Part shown: positions 7,675-14,484 of the stretch, one piece after another
Position numbering within the stretch: position 1 is the stretch's first letter
Layout of the letters: each line of letters opens with the position of its first letter
Assembly: GCA_039192745.1 (NCBI GenBank)
Contig: JBCCWV010000123.1
Coordinates: 1-14,484, forward strand
Length of the DNA stretch: 14,484 bases
Reading direction: 5' to 3'
Source of the DNA: Verrucomicrobiota bacterium
GTDB taxonomy: Bacteria > Verrucomicrobiota > Verrucomicrobiia > Verrucomicrobiales > DEV007
Notes under the pieces: generated by a model
Database searches by the model: none
What the model was told of the DNA's origin: nothing
Seen by the model: the letters and a program-made list of their open reading frames with translations, nothing else
Program-made: the position numbers and the translations under genes

Positions 7675-8211
7675 TTATTTTTCCTCAAGGTAATCATCGA
7701 AGTTGGGCAGTTCCAGATCCTTTGGGTTTTTCTCGACAAATTCTTCACCTTCCCAAACGAAGAACCCTTTCCGCGTGAAAATAGCCACTTCGTAGGTCTC
7801 GTCATCGCCGATGGTAACCGCCTCGGGGTAGGTCATTTCTTCTTCCTTGGTGACCTGATTCTTCTTTCCGGTTTTCCCCACCGTATAGTTTTTCACAAGG
7901 GTCTCCCTATTCGAAAACAAGATGACATGAATATCATCGCGCACGCGAAACCGAGCGGAATTCAACCGATCCCTCGGCCCTTCCGGGAATTTAACAACGG
8001 TTGCTTTTGCCGTTCCAGCATACCCGCAAAAGACAAGAGGTGGCTTCGGCACGAATTTGCAATTAAACACTCCCTTCGGATTGAACGCGGTTTGCGTCGA
8101 TTTCAGGTGAAAAATCCAGTATTTACCGCCGGTGAATTGATAATTGGTGCCTTGGGAAACAAGAGGCAAAAACATCAAGCTGAAGATCACGAACGCCGTT
8201 TTCATATTCAC
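7675..8211 (-). CDS. Small secreted hypothetical protein (signal peptide, two Cys); low-GC gene.
   Basis: The 178-aa ORF has an N-terminal signal peptide (MNMKTAFVIFSLMFLPLVSQG). No motif was recognised. A segment counted by hand is about 44% GC, against a window average in the mid-50s. Confidence 0.65.
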   Translation of the reverse strand: MNMKTAFVIFSLMFLPLVSQGTNYQFTGGKYWIFHLKSTQTAFNPKGVFNCKFVPKPPLVFCGYAGTAKATVVKFPEGPRDRLNSARFRVRDDIHVILFSNRETLVKNYTVGKTGKKNQVTKEEEMTYPEAVTIGDDETYEVAIFTRKGFFVWEGEEFVEKNPKDLELPNFDDYLEEK

Positions 8212-8235
8212 CGATTAGTTGTAAATTAACCGCCG

Positions 8236-9180
8236 ATGCATATCAAAGAAATCCTTGCCGCGCACGAGACGACCTTTTCCTTCGAGTTTTTTCCGCCGAA
8301 AACAGAGAAGGCGTCGCAGGCGTTGTACGAAAACATTGCGCAATTGGAAGCCTACCAGCCACATTTCGTCAGCGTCACCTACGGTGCCGGTGGTTCCACA
8401 CGCGAATTGACCCACGACCTCGTCGTGCGCCTGAAAGAGACGACGTCGCTGGATCCGATTCCCCACCTCACCTGTGTTTGCCACAAGGAGGCAGATATTC
8501 AGGAAATCCTCGAACGATATGCCGAAGCAGGTGTGAGCAACATCCTTGCCCTTGGCGGTGATCCTCCCCGAAACTTGGAAAATTACCGCAAGGAAGACGA
8601 CGACTTTCAAAAGGCCGCCGATCTCGTACGGTTCATTCAGAAGTTCAACGCTTCCGGCAGTCATCCCGCGGGAGGTTTCGGCGTGGGTGTAGCCGGGTTT
8701 CCCGAAGGCCATCCGACGACTCCGAACCGCCTTCTCGAAATGGACTACTTGAAGGCCAAGGTCGATGAAGGCGCGGACTACATCTGCACGCAGCTTTTCT
8801 TCGACAACCGCGACTTCTACGATTTCCGTGACCGCTGCGCGCTGGCGGGGATCGATATTCCCATCATTGCCGGCATCATGCCAATTACCTCGACTTCGGG
8901 GATGAAGCGCATGGCAGACCTTGCAGCTGGCGCCCGCTTCCCCGCCAAGTTGCTCAAGGCCCTTGCCCGCGCTGGCGACGACGCCGACGCCGTCCGCCGC
9001 GTCGGCATTCATTACGCCACCGAGCAATGCCGCGACCTCCTCGACAACGACGTGCGCGGCATGCATTTCTACACGTTGAACCAAAGCGGAGCGACCAAGG
9101 AAATTTACGCCAACCTCGGCGCCAGCGGCACCAATCCGATCGTCGATGTCTCGCCGAAATCGCTGAGTGCTATCGCGTGA
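8236..9180 (+). CDS. metF: 5,10-methylenetetrahydrofolate reductase.
   Basis: The 314-aa protein has characteristic MetF blocks: SFEFFPPKT, VSVTYGAGGSTR, HLTCV, ILALGGDPP, and a FAD-binding TIM-barrel pattern. Confidence 0.93.
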   Translation: MHIKEILAAHETTFSFEFFPPKTEKASQALYENIAQLEAYQPHFVSVTYGAGGSTRELTHDLVVRLKETTSLDPIPHLTCVCHKEADIQEILERYAEAGVSNILALGGDPPRNLENYRKEDDDFQKAADLVRFIQKFNASGSHPAGGFGVGVAGFPEGHPTTPNRLLEMDYLKAKVDEGADYICTQLFFDNRDFYDFRDRCALAGIDIPIIAGIMPITSTSGMKRMADLAAGARFPAKLLKALARAGDDADAVRRVGIHYATEQCRDLLDNDVRGMHFYTLNQSGATKEIYANLGASGTNPIVDVSPKSLSAIA

Positions 9181-9192
9181 TTCTTCGAGCAT

Positions 9193-9837
9193 GTGAAGAA
9201 TTGGACGCACACCGAGCGCGGAGAGTCGCATTCGAAAAACGAAGACTATTTGGTGTGTCAGTCGCACCCTGGATCTAATGCGAACTACCTCTGTTTCATC
9301 GCTGACGGCCAAGGCGGGCGCCCAAATGGAGCATTAGCGTCAAAAATTGCCTGTCAGGCGGGATTGGAAGCCGCGCTATCGACGCCTTTCGAGGAACTGC
9401 AAAGCGAATCACGATGGACAGAAATCATTTGTCGTTCTGATATGCGAGTCTCAAGCCTCGCCGAAGGAGGATTAACCACTTTGATTGGACTGACGGTTTC
9501 GGAACAGGGAATCTTTGGAGCATCCGTCGGTGACTCGATGGCGCTCGTTTTCGACTCTGATGGCGAGTTGTTTGTCGCTACCGAATCCCAGAAAAAGAGT
9601 CCGCCCATTGGTAGTTCTGAGGCAGTTCCTGTGGCATTTTTCAAGTCATTCGGTCCCAGTTCCTTGCTCACACTTATGACTGACGGAGTTTGGAAATATG
9701 CAGGAGTGTCGAAGATCACGGCCATTCTTTCAGGCGTCATCTCTCAACAATCGATACCAATGATCCGATCGTCCGCCGCACTCCAAACCGGCAATCTCCC
9801 CGACGATTTTTCGATTGTTCTTGTTTCGTCACACTAG
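9193..9837 (+). CDS. Minimal PP2C-family (PPM/SpoIIE-like) protein serine/threonine phosphatase, GTG start.
   Basis: The 214-aa ORF has PP2C motifs: NEDY (motif 1), ADGQGG (metal-binding motif 2), VGDSMALV, LMTDGVW, and C-terminal DDFSIVLV (DN-like). It starts 12 bp after the metF stop. Its GC looks lower than the neighbours. Confidence 0.7.
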   Translation: MKNWTHTERGESHSKNEDYLVCQSHPGSNANYLCFIADGQGGRPNGALASKIACQAGLEAALSTPFEELQSESRWTEIICRSDMRVSSLAEGGLTTLIGLTVSEQGIFGASVGDSMALVFDSDGELFVATESQKKSPPIGSSEAVPVAFFKSFGPSSLLTLMTDGVWKYAGVSKITAILSGVISQQSIPMIRSSAALQTGNLPDDFSIVLVSSH

Positions 9838-9854
9838 TTCTAGAAAAACAAAAC

Positions 9855-10745
9855 ATGCCACGCAGTTTAACCTTTGGAGCCATCGAAGGCGGCGGGACGA
9901 AGTTTGTTTGCGGAATTGGGACCAGTCCGGATGATTTGGAAACAACGATCTTCCCGACAACGACGCCGGACGAAACGCTTGGCCAGTGTCTCGCTTTTTT
10001 CCGGGAAAACTCGCGTCAGATCGATGCTTTGGGGATTGGCTGCTTCGGTCCTGTCGACTTAAACCGGAACTCCCCGACCTTCGGCTCCATCACGACAACG
10101 CCGAAGCCAGCGTGGGCGGGCACCAACGTCGTGGCATTTTTCCAAGACGCTCTCGGAATTCCCATCGGCTTTGATACTGACGTGAATGGCGCGGCGCTGG
10201 GCGAAGGGCGCTGGGGCGCGGCGAGCGGACTGGATGCATTTGTGTATTTCACCATTGGGACCGGCATCGGCGCGGGAGTGATCATCGACGGAAAGCCGGT
10301 GCATGGTCTAGTCCATCCAGAGGTCGGGCACTTGCGGATTCCCCGCGACACTGCGGAGAAGAATTTCCCGGGGACTTGCCCGTTTCACGGCGATTGCCTG
10401 GAAGGAGTCGCGGCCGGACCGGCCATCGCCGCCCGTTGGGAATGCGACCCGGCAACGTTGCAGCCCGATCACGAAGCTTGGCGTCTCGAAGCCAACTACC
10501 TCGCAGCTGCCGTGATGAATGTCGTCCTCACCGTTTCTCCAAAACGTGTCATCCTCGGCGGAGGAGTCATGGAGCAAACACAGTTGTTTCCTCTCGTTCG
10601 CGAAAGTCTCCGTGATCAGCTCAACGGATACATCGCGCAGCCTCAGTTTGAGGACGGACTCGATAATTTCATCGTCCCACCCGGACTCGGCGCACGCGCT
10701 GGTATCCTTGGAGCACTGGTCCTCGCAAAAAACGCCATAGACTAA
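9855..10745 (+). CDS. ROK-family sugar kinase (fructokinase/Mak-like).
   Basis: The N-terminal glycine-rich ATP motif reads AIEGGGTKF. The ROK zinc motif reads GHLRIP...CPFHGDCLEGVAAGPAI. There is no N-terminal HTH, so it is a kinase rather than a repressor. The tracked ORF begins at 9690 and overlaps the PP2C gene. The ATG at 9855 (MPRSLTFGAIEGGGTKF) is the likely true start. Confidence 0.85.
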   Translation: MPRSLTFGAIEGGGTKFVCGIGTSPDDLETTIFPTTTPDETLGQCLAFFRENSRQIDALGIGCFGPVDLNRNSPTFGSITTTPKPAWAGTNVVAFFQDALGIPIGFDTDVNGAALGEGRWGAASGLDAFVYFTIGTGIGAGVIIDGKPVHGLVHPEVGHLRIPRDTAEKNFPGTCPFHGDCLEGVAAGPAIAARWECDPATLQPDHEAWRLEANYLAAAVMNVVLTVSPKRVILGGGVMEQTQLFPLVRESLRDQLNGYIAQPQFEDGLDNFIVPPGLGARAGILGALVLAKNAID

Positions 10746-10752
10746 TCTCGCA

Positions 10753-10830
10753 AACCACGAAAAGACGCGAAATTTCGCGAAAGAGAAAAAGTTGAAGGAT
10801 TTTCGCGTTCTTTCGCGTCCATTCGTGGTT
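10753..10830. promoter_or_regulatory. Structured intergenic element with three parts. First, a long imperfect inverted repeat (18/20): AACCACGAAAAGACGCGAAA ... TTTCGCGTCCATTCGTGGTT. Second, an internal 14-bp perfect palindrome CGCGAAATTTCGCG (10766-10779). Third, extra TTTCGCG copies at 10801 and 10811.
   Basis: All parts were read directly from the sequence. The element lies in the 122-bp gap between the kinase stop and the LysE-family gene start. It is either a terminator-like hairpin, an operator cluster, or both. Confidence 0.4.
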
Positions 10831-10867
10831 ACCCCCGGTCGCGGTCCCGGTCCTTCGCCATAAACCC

Positions 10868-11494
10868 ATGTCCTACCTCGTCTTCGCCGTCGTCATGCTC
10901 CTCGGGCAATTCTCGCCCGGGCCTGACATGCTATTATTGACGAAGAACGCTTTGAACCACCCCTTGCGTGCGGCGTTCTTCACCGTCGGCGGCATTTCTA
11001 CCGGCATTCTCGTTCACACAGTGATCGCGCTAACCGGCCTCGTTTTTCTCCTGCAAACTGCGCCCCATCTTTCGTCTGCCATCCGGTACGCGGGGGCTGC
11101 CTACCTTGCCTATCTAGGAATTCGACTTCTCTTTTCTCTGCGCGGAAAATCAGATTCGTCCGACGACTCGCAATCGTCGTCGGGCCAGAAGGTTCTATCC
11201 GATGGCGCAGCTTACCGCCAAGGCCTCTTCACCAATCTCTTGAACCCCAAAGCCGTCGCCTTTTTCACCGGTGTCCTCTCCCAATTCCTCGACCCTAACG
11301 CCGCCACAACAGAGCGACTTGCCTATGGCTCGATCATCCTCTTCGAAGCGGCCTTTTTCTGGACGCTTTACGTGGTTCTCCTCCAACATCGGATCATCAA
11401 GTCCACCTTCCTTCGCGCGGAGAAAACGATCAATCTCGTCTTCGGCCTCCTCCTCCTCGCCCTCGCCGTCGCGCAGTTCTTTCCGAGCCGCTGA
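10868..11494 (+). CDS. LysE/RhtB-family amino-acid (homoserine/threonine-type) exporter.
   Basis: The 208-aa protein has six hydrophobic segments and the family N-terminal motif LGQFSPGPDMLLL. The size and topology fit the RhtB/LysE translocators. Confidence 0.85.
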   Translation: MSYLVFAVVMLLGQFSPGPDMLLLTKNALNHPLRAAFFTVGGISTGILVHTVIALTGLVFLLQTAPHLSSAIRYAGAAYLAYLGIRLLFSLRGKSDSSDDSQSSSGQKVLSDGAAYRQGLFTNLLNPKAVAFFTGVLSQFLDPNAATTERLAYGSIILFEAAFFWTLYVVLLQHRIIKSTFLRAEKTINLVFGLLLLALAVAQFFPSR

Positions 11495-11514
11495 TTTGGT
11501 TCCGATTCTCTTCC

Positions 11515-11626
11515 ACACGAATAGACACAGAGATTCAGACAGCTGCGGGGCGGGCTAATTTCTCTCCTTCATGATTTTCATGCACTTCATGGTAAAAACC
11601 CACCGCTGAAAACACGGAGATCAAGA
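11515..11626. repeat. Copy 1 of an imperfectly duplicated ~110-130 bp intergenic unit. It contains ACACGAATAG/ACACAGAGAT 10-mers, a GC-rich block, three TTCATG hexamers at 9-bp phasing (11568, 11577, 11586), and the core GGTAAAAACCCACCGCTGAAAACACGGAGATCAAGAA.
   Basis: Self-alignment with 11661-11791. The 40-bp core is nearly identical between copies and the remainder is about 75-80% identical. Confidence 0.6.
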
Positions 11627-11660
11627 ATTCTCGCGCAAAGACGCCGAGGATTTTTATGGA

Positions 11661-11791
11661 ACACGAATGGACACAGATGGACACGAATGAACACAGATTT
11701 TGAAAGCGGCTGGGACGGGCCAAACTCTCCCCTTCGTGATCTTCATGCTCTTCATGGTAAAAACCCACCGCTGACAACATGGAGATCAATA
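11661..11791. repeat. Copy 2 of the duplicated unit. It has four tandem 10-mers ACACRRATGG (11661-11700), the hexamers TTCGTG/TTCATG/TTCATG (11733, 11742, 11751), and the core GGTAAAAACCCACCGCTGACAACATGGAGATCAATAA.
   Basis: Direct-repeat relationship to 11515-11626. It carries an extra internal duplication of two 10-mers. Confidence 0.6.
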
Positions 11792-11822
11792 ACATTTCAC
11801 GCGGACCAATTCATTTCTAGCA

Positions 11823-11853
11823 ATCTACAATCTAAAATCTAAAATCAGAAATC
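11823..11853. repeat. Heptanucleotide tandem repeat AATCTAC-AATCTAA-AATCTAA-AATCAGA-AATC immediately upstream of the RND GTG start.
   Basis: Read directly from the sequence: 4.5 units with 7-bp period, ending 2 bp before the start codon at 11855. Confidence 0.5.
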
Positions 11854-11854
11854 C

Positions 11855-14484
11855 GTGCATGGCCTGATCTCATGGTTTGCCCGCAATAGCGTGGCGGCGA
11901 ATTTACTGATGGTGTTCATCATCATCGCAGGCGTGCAGGCACTGCGGAGCGGGAAAATCCCCATCGAGTTCTTTCCGGAATATGACCCGAAGGAAGTGGT
12001 CGTTTCCATGAACTTCCGGGGCGCATCTCCTGCCGAAGTGGAGGAAGCGGTTACTTCCAGAATTGAAGAAGCCATCAACGACATTGAAGGCATCGCCAAG
12101 ATCGTGTCTTTTTCCTCGGAAGGTCGCGCCTACGTTGTCGCGGAAATGGTCGAAGGCTATGACCTCCGTCGGCTGCAGGACGACATCAAGGCGCGAGTCG
12201 ACGCCATCAATACCTTCCCGCCGAACACGGAGAATCTTCTCGTCCGACTACCACAAGGAGAGAGCACGGCGGTGACAGCAATTCTGGCCGGCGACCTCAG
12301 CGAACGCGAACTGCGCAACCTCGCCGAGATTGTCCGGGACAGAATCAACGCCTTGCCCGAAATCTCGCAGGTCGAACTGGCTGGCGTCCGCAGTTTCGAA
12401 ATAGGAATTGAGGTACCCGAGAATACGCTTCAGGAATACGGACTCTCCCTGGACGATGTCGCCAACGCCATTCGCCGCGGCTCCGTCGATCTTCCAGCCG
12501 GCGAAATCAAGACCGACGGCGGACAAGTGCTGGTTCGCACAAAAGGCCAAGCCTACGTGCGCGAGGACTTTGAAAGGATCACTCTGCGCACGAGCGAAGA
12601 TGGCACACGCCTCAGAATCGGCGACATCGCCAACGTGAACGACGGCTTTGAGGAAGAACGCATCATCGCCCGCTTCAACGGGAAGCCGACCGCTGTCATC
12701 AATGTCTTTTTCTCCGGCGATCAAAGCCTCCTGAAAATTGCCGACACCGTGCGGGATTTCATCGAAGAGGCGAAAAGTTCCATGCCTCCCGGCGTCGAAC
12801 TCACCCTCTGGCGCGACCGGTCGGAAGTCATCAACGCCCGCCTTCAAACACTCATCGACAGCGCCATCCTCGGCGGACTTCTCGTCTTTTGCCTGCTCGC
12901 GCTCTTTCTCCGGATCGAACTCGCGTTCTGGGTCTGCGTCGGTATTCCGGTGTGCTTTCTCGGAGCGATCGCCCTCATGCCAACGCTCGGCGTGACGATC
13001 AACATCATCAGTCTCTTCGCATTCATCCTCGTCCTCGGTATTGTCGTGGACGACGCCATTGTCACGTCCGAGAATATCTACGTCCATCTCCGCAAAGCAA
13101 AGGACGGCACCGAAGCGGCGATCAAAGGCGCGCAAGAAGTGGCGATCCCTGTCACGTTCGGCATCCTGACGACCGTTGCCGCCTTCATTCCCCTCCTGAA
13201 TATCAGTGGGCGTCGCGGGGAGATTTTTTATGGAATTCCCGCCATCGTGATCCCCGTCCTTCTGTTTTCGCTGGTCGAATCCAAGCTGATTCTCCCCGCT
13301 CACCTCCGTCACATCCGCACGAACCGCAATCTTGAAGGCACTGAGCGGAGAGGGTTCAGCCGACTTTTACGTGGGCTTGAACGACTGCAACAGCGAGTCG
13401 CGAGAGGACTGGAGTGGTGCATCGCGAACATCTATTCCCCGTTTCTCGAACGTGTTTTACAACATCGCTACACAGCCGCCGCGGTATTCGTTGGTCTGCT
13501 TGTCATCGTCAGCACCTTCATTACTTCCCATCGCATCAAATACGTTCCGTTCCCCCGCGTCTCGAGCGAAACCGTCACCGTGAATTTGCGGCTTCCTCTG
13601 GGAACACCCTTTGATGTCATGGCCGGACATATCGACCACGTTCATACCAAGGCGCTTGAGATGAAGGATGTACTCATCGATCCCAACACAAAGGAAACCA
13701 TCGTCGAGAATATTCTCGTCACCAAGGGCGCACGGGGACTTTCGCGCGGCGAAGGTGGTGGTGCCTCTCATATCGGCGAAGTCTCGATGCGCCTCATTCC
13801 ACCAGAGGCTCGCAGGTGGCAGAAAAACACACAGGACATCGTCAAGGAGTGGCGAATGAAAATCGGCCCTATTCCGGGCGCCGAACAACTGGGATTTAAG
13901 GCTGAAATCGGGCGCGGCGGTGATCCCATCGAAGTGCAACTGGAGAGCGAAGACTTCAATTTGCTGGAAGAAGCAGCGGATGAACTGAAGGAATTCCTGG
14001 CCGAGTTCAACGGAGTTTTCGACATCAAGGATGATTTCGAATTGGGCAAAGAAGAGATTCAACTCAAGATCAAACCCGAAGCCGAACACCTGGGACTGAC
14101 CTTGAACGACCTTGCGCGACAAGCTCGCCAGGCGTTTTTCGGCGAAGAAGCTCAACGCATTCAACGTGGGCGTGATGACATCCGGGTAATGGTCCGATAT
14201 CCCCTCGAAGAAAGACAATCGCTGGAGAATCTCGAATCGATGCGGGTGCGAACCCCGGACGGTTCAGAAGTTCCTTTCGCCAACGTTGCAGAGGCCACGG
14301 TAGGGCGCGCATATTCGTCCATTGTGCGAGTCAATGGTCGCCGAACGATTGACGTGAGTGCAGACATCGACAAAGACGTGGTGAACAGTCCGGCGCTGGA
14401 AGCAAAGCTCGGCGAAAAGCTGGACGAATTGGTCGCGGTTTATCCTGGACTGTCCTACACCTACGAAGGTGAGATCCGCGACCG
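11855..14484 (+). CDS. RND-family efflux transporter permease subunit (AcrB/CzcA-like), 5' portion; the gene continues beyond the window end.
   Basis: The frame is open from 11843 to the window end. The only in-frame start is GTG at 11855 (MHGLISWFARNSVAANLLMVFIIIAG = TM1). A large periplasmic loop follows. The RND signature around TM4 reads LGIVVDDAIVTSENIYVH. It is absent from the ORF track because it has no in-window stop. The long minus-strand ORFs 12248-13312 and 13457-14218 are antisense artefacts. Confidence 0.9.
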   Translation, partial: MHGLISWFARNSVAANLLMVFIIIAGVQALRSGKIPIEFFPEYDPKEVVVSMNFRGASPAEVEEAVTSRIEEAINDIEGIAKIVSFSSEGRAYVVAEMVEGYDLRRLQDDIKARVDAINTFPPNTENLLVRLPQGESTAVTAILAGDLSERELRNLAEIVRDRINALPEISQVELAGVRSFEIGIEVPENTLQEYGLSLDDVANAIRRGSVDLPAGEIKTDGGQVLVRTKGQAYVREDFERITLRTSEDGTRLRIGDIANVNDGFEEERIIARFNGKPTAVINVFFSGDQSLLKIADTVRDFIEEAKSSMPPGVELTLWRDRSEVINARLQTLIDSAILGGLLVFCLLALFLRIELAFWVCVGIPVCFLGAIALMPTLGVTINIISLFAFILVLGIVVDDAIVTSENIYVHLRKAKDGTEAAIKGAQEVAIPVTFGILTTVAAFIPLLNISGRRGEIFYGIPAIVIPVLLFSLVESKLILPAHLRHIRTNRNLEGTERRGFSRLLRGLERLQQRVARGLEWCIANIYSPFLERVLQHRYTAAAVFVGLLVIVSTFITSHRIKYVPFPRVSSETVTVNLRLPLGTPFDVMAGHIDHVHTKALEMKDVLIDPNTKETIVENILVTKGARGLSRGEGGGASHIGEVSMRLIPPEARRWQKNTQDIVKEWRMKIGPIPGAEQLGFKAEIGRGGDPIEVQLESEDFNLLEEAADELKEFLAEFNGVFDIKDDFELGKEEIQLKIKPEAEHLGLTLNDLARQARQAFFGEEAQRIQRGRDDIRVMVRYPLEERQSLENLESMRVRTPDGSEVPFANVAEATVGRAYSSIVRVNGRRTIDVSADIDKDVVNSPALEAKLGEKLDELVAVYPGLSYTYEGEIRD

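Noticed and set aside
8215-9312. 365-aa minus-strand ORF covering metF
   Set aside because: It is antisense to an unmistakable metF reading frame, and its translation has no protein-like features.
9690-9854. N-terminal 55-codon extension of the ROK kinase ORF (start 9690)
   Set aside because: It overlaps the PP2C gene in another frame and adds a non-conserved Arg-rich leader. The ATG at 9855 gives the canonical ROK N-terminus.
11515-11791. CRISPR array as an explanation for the direct repeats
   Set aside because: There are only two long imperfect units with internal sub-repeats. There are no regularly sized unique spacers and no cas genes in the window.
11535-11795. 86-aa minus-strand ORF across the duplicated repeat units (repeated SAVGFYHE.HE.HEGE.LARP)
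   Set aside because: The ORF exists only because the two DNA repeat copies happen to stay open in that frame. There is no start context, and the repeated peptide simply mirrors the DNA duplication. I treat it as non-coding repeat DNA.
12248-14218. Minus-strand ORFs 12248-13312 (354 aa) and 13457-14218 (253 aa)
   Set aside because: They are antisense to the RND permease frame, which shows clear TM and RND signature motifs. The frames are Asp/Gly/Arg-rich and artefactual.
1-14484. tRNA, rRNA or other classical structured RNA genes
   Set aside because: I found no cloverleaf-compatible segments or rRNA-like conserved blocks in the few non-coding gaps.

Overview
This 14.5 kb window looks like ordinary chromosomal DNA with mid-50s % GC. 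It is densely coding on both strands: I call 12 complete and 2 edge-truncated protein genes, and I see no rRNA, tRNA or CRISPR. I found no clear novel multi-gene system; the two strongest leads are the RND-upstream repeats and the HtrA/pseudo-HtrA cassette, and both rest on reading by eye.

Gene content, 5' to 3':
- a partial hypothetical gene (minus strand) that runs off the window start;
- an IS200-like REP-associated tyrosine transposase (RAYT), bracketed by a perfect 25-bp inverted repeat that forms REP-like hairpins;
- a yqiJ-yqiK-type operon (minus strand): an NfeD-like OB-fold membrane protein followed by a 634-aa flotillin (SPFH) protein;
- a divergent intergenic region carrying a 14-bp perfect palindrome centred on TATAAT;
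- a plus-strand cassette of four genes: a phage-CII-like HTH protein, a MORN-variant lipoprotein, an active HtrA/DegP-type protease, and a translationally coupled HtrA paralog whose catalytic His and Ser appear substituted and whose PDZ domain sits inside the protease fold;
- a low-GC gene for a small secreted protein, divergent from metF;
- metF;
- a compositionally atypical minimal PP2C phosphatase;
- a ROK fructokinase;
- a LysE/RhtB exporter;
- a truncated RND efflux permease.

The region with the most unexplained structure is the roughly 360-bp spacer between the LysE exporter and the RND pump. It holds an imperfectly duplicated unit of about 110-130 bp. Each unit carries 10-bp-period ACACRRATGG repeats, three TTCATG-like hexamers at 9-bp phasing, and a 40-bp core that is nearly identical between the two copies. 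The spacer also holds a Shine-Dalgarno-led 15-codon ORF written in those repeats, and four copies of an AATCTAA heptamer directly upstream of the pump's GTG start.

All functional calls come from reading motifs by eye. I ran no searches.
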